From Malacoraja senta (Eukaryota): a DNA stretch of 64,000 nucleotides. The stretch is from assembly GCA_038087875.1 (NCBI GenBank), contig JAXLNO010001854.1:1-64000 (forward strand), written 5' to 3'. Numbering within the stretch: position 1 is the stretch's first letter; every line of letters starts with the position of its first letter. Shown in pieces: positions 61,172 through 64,000 of the stretch. The translations under genes and the position numbers were made by a program. The notes below the pieces were generated by a model. It was not told where the DNA came from. It worked only from the letters and a program-made list of their open reading frames with translations, and did not search any database.

Positions 61172-63622
61172 CTTAATACAGTTTGTCCAAAATACATGAA
61201 AAGTTCCTTTCCTAATGTCTTCACACCTGTATACTTTGCCTTCCAGCAGCTGGATTGCATTCTGACCGGCACCAGACTGCCCATTTGGCCGAGTAATCTG
61301 AAGGAAAGGATAAAGACAGTGCAACTTGTGATGGAAGGGTCTTGATATGAAACCATTTCTCCTGCTGAAAATGCTGCCCACTGAAGAATTACTTCAGAAT
61401 CAGAATGCCTTTTATTGTCATTTAAACATACGGTTCAAACGAAATACTTGTTGTAAAATGAAGACATTCTTGTGTTTTAAATATTAAGTGGTGATATAGA
61501 GTGGCGTTTTCGTGGCGCTGTAAAGTGTGGATATCAAGTGGCGTTTTAAGTGGTGCTTTTTCCCACGAGTAGTAGCTCTACTCAATAACCAAAAATCTGT
61601 AGCCTCCTTTTGCCCTGGTATTTTATTTAATTCACATGTTTAATCAATAATGTTTTATTATTAATGTTCAATGTTTTATGTATCATTCTTAACTGTCACT
61701 GTATGTCATGTTGTCACTGGCGGGCAGAGCACCAAGGCAAATTCCTTGTATGTGAATACTTGGCCAATAAACATAGAAACATAGAAACATAGAAAATAGG
61801 TGCAGGAGTAGGCCATTCGGCCCTTCGAGCCTGCACCGCCATTCAATATGATCATGGCTGATCATCCAACTCAGTATCCTGTACCTGCCTTCTCTCCATA
61901 CCCCCTGATCCCTTTAGCCACAAGGGCCACATCTAACTCCCTCTTAAATATAGCCAATGAACTGGCCTCAACTACCTTCTGTGGCAGAGTGTTCCAGAGA
62001 TTCACCACTCTGTGTGAAAAATGTTTTTCTCATCTCGGTCCTAAAGGATTTCCCCTTAATCCTTAAACTGTGACCCCTTGTCCTGGACTTCCCCAACATT
62101 GGGAACAATCTTCCTGCATCTAGCCTGTCCAAACCCTTAAGAATTGTGTACGTTTCTACATTCTAAACATTCATTCATTCATAAAGTCAAAAAGAAATCC
62201 AATAAAGCCAACCTCCCGTCTCATTTCAACCACAAATAATTTTGCTAATTAATTAATTATTAATAATTGCTAACCATTTTAACTCCCCTTCGCATACCAA
62301 CCTTACTGCCCTGGGCGGCCTCCTCCTCACTTACAGGGGGAAGGGCAAGGTTGTCTCTGTCCACATACATCACCCTGCAGGCCAACTTTTTCACTCAGGG
62401 GGGCGACATGGTGGCGCAGCAGTAGAGTTGCTGCCTTGCAGGACAGACAGCGTTACGGGACCCTCCTGAATCAATGTTCTGAAGAAGGGTCCTGCGCCGA
62501 AGCTTCATCTGTCCATTTTCCTCCCCTCATGCCCCACTTAATGGTCACCCAACACACTCCATCACAACTCCTGCCCTCCCTGGTCACTCAATCCCCTCTC
62601 AGACCTGTGACCATTGTCCCACACCATCCACCTCTCCATCTCACCTCACCCCCACACCACCCCTCACCATCAACACCCTCTCCACTTCTCACCATTTGCC
62701 CCTAACCATACAGCTCTCACTCCCACCCCCACCTCGCCCCTCACCCGTTTCATCTGCCCCTCACCATCCACCCATCCTTACCTCACCCCTTCTCTTCACC
62801 TCACTCACTACCCCCACCCAACCCCTACACCTCACCCCCACCAGACGCTCCGCCCCTCACCTCACCCCGCTCCTCCCCTATACTTCCCCCACTGCCCCTC
62901 AACAGCCGCCGCTCATGCCCCCCCTACCCCCCGCAATCCACTCCTCACCATCTCACCTCACGCCGCCCCTTGCCCAGATTTCCATCCCTCACACCTTCAT
63001 CACGCCCCACCCCATACTCCTCCTCTCAACCTAACCCCAACTCACACCCACTGTCCCTCACCATCCTACCCCTCACCTCACCCCCCCCTTCGCCCCCTCC
63101 CCACTCGCCATCCACCCCGCATGCACCTCACCCTTCACCAACCTCACCCCCCTTCACCCCCTCCCCACTCGCCATCCACCCCGCATGCACCTCACCCTTC
63201 ACCAACCTCACCCCCCCTTCAACCCCTCCCCACTCGCCATCCACCCCGCATGCACCTCACCCTTCACCACCAACCCCATATTCCACCCCTCACCCCCACC
63301 ATTCACTACTCACCTTCCATCCCTCGCCCCCTCCTCAACCCCTCCGCACACTCCTCCCCTCAACCTCACCCACTCCCCTCACACCAACTCACAACCACCC
63401 CCTCACCCTCTCCCCATCACCCACCCCTTTCCCCTCACCCCCCTCCCCCCCAGCCACCCCTCACCTGCTCCTCCTCCTCTCACCCCACCCATTCCCTTCA
63501 CCTCACACTCACACTCCCAGTCCCGCCCGCGGTGCCTCACCGCTCGCACCCGCTGCCCGGTCCTCACGCGGCCACGGAGCCGCTCCCCGTTCAGCGCGCG
63601 TTCAGCCCGGTCCCTCCACCAT
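61172..63622 (-). pseudogene. NEIL3: NEIL3 (endonuclease VIII-like 3) exons 1-2, disabled
   Basis: GCCGCCATGG start at 63622: MVEGPG*T(+4 nt)LNGERLRGRVRTGQRVRAVR versus human MVEGPGCTLNGEKIRARV. Exon 2 (61297-61172, ttccttcag|..AG|gtactg): QNAIQLLEGKVY/TGVKTLGKELFMYFGQTVLR versus QNVLSLFNGYVYSGVETLGKELFMYFGPKALR, with a 2-nt deletion. Confidence 0.9.
62520..63520. repeat. C-rich low-complexity tract with three tandem units of about 63 bp (63090-63270)
   Basis: CCCCTCCCCACTCGCCATCCACCCCGCATGCACCTCACCCTTCACCAACCTCACCCC repeated three times. Confidence 0.9.
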
Positions 63623-64000
63623 GGCGGCGCGACCCCGCTGCCCGCAACCAACGGACAACACACAGGCAGCCGCGCGCGCGCAAAGATTATCTTTCGCCGC
63701 GCGCGCCCAGAGGGAGGGAGGGACCAGCGTGGGGGCGGGGCCAGAGTGGGGGCGGGACTAGTGTAGGGCGGGGCCCTAGCGGGGCGGGGCCAGCGTGGGA
63801 TGGCAGGTAGAGGGTGGGGCCAGCGTGGGGGCGGGGCCAGAGACTAGTGTGGGAGCGTGGTGACGGGTCTAGTTTCGGGCGGGGCCAGCGTGGGATGGCA
63901 GGGAGAGCGTGGGGTGGGAGGGGCCAGCGTGTGGGGAGGGGCCAGTGGGAGGTGCCATCGTGGGGAGGGAGGGGCCAGCGAGGGTGGGATGGGCCAGTGG
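63540..64000 (-). promoter_or_regulatory. CpG island and GC-box (Sp1-type) array upstream of NEIL3 exon 1
   Basis: Dense CpG at 63530-63710; repeated GGGGCGGGG(C/A)C units at 63730-63890. Confidence 0.7.

Noticed and set aside
63621-63761. Plus-strand ATG in strong Kozak context (CCACCATGG) giving MAARPRCPQ..
   Set aside because: Mirror image of the NEIL3 start within the CCATGG palindrome; short ORF with no recognisable homology or splice donor.
62614-63810. 398-aa Pro/His/Thr-rich ORF and overlapping ORFs
   Set aside because: By-product of a C-rich low-complexity tract that lacks stop codons; antisense to NEIL3 exon 1/intron 1; no domain signal.

Overview
Repeat-rich vertebrate genomic DNA. 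The HE1-like SINEs, CR1, Penelope, Rex1 and BEL/Gypsy repeats point to a cartilaginous fish, probably a skate or ray (inference). It has two N gaps (36314-36478, 45447-45735). Host genes: (1) a plus-strand MHC class I-like gene with exons alpha1 3322-3582, alpha2 5328-5603, alpha3 6808-7080 and TM 14924-15057, plus probable cytoplasmic exons downstream. It is non-classical: most peptide-terminus anchor residues are lost, the groove is hydrophobic and alpha2 has extra cysteines. Alpha3 carries an in-frame TAG at the invariant Tyr of GFYP, and a Tc1 element sits 13 nt upstream of the TM acceptor. (2) Exons 1-2 of a minus-strand NEIL3 copy at the right end, disabled by a nonsense codon and two frameshifts, behind a GC-box/CpG promoter. 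(3) A possible orphan spliced gene at about 20.4-25.5 kb. The rest is transposon-derived: an IR/DR Tc1 (DD34E) with a nested SINE, a hAT non-autonomous element, and a nest at 42-59 kb (BEL/Pao > Mag-type Gypsy > THAP-bearing P-like element, plus CR1/Rex1). Many Penelope-derived short repeats carry minimal dimer-type hammerhead ribozyme cores. All coordinates and alignments were read by eye; no database searches were run.
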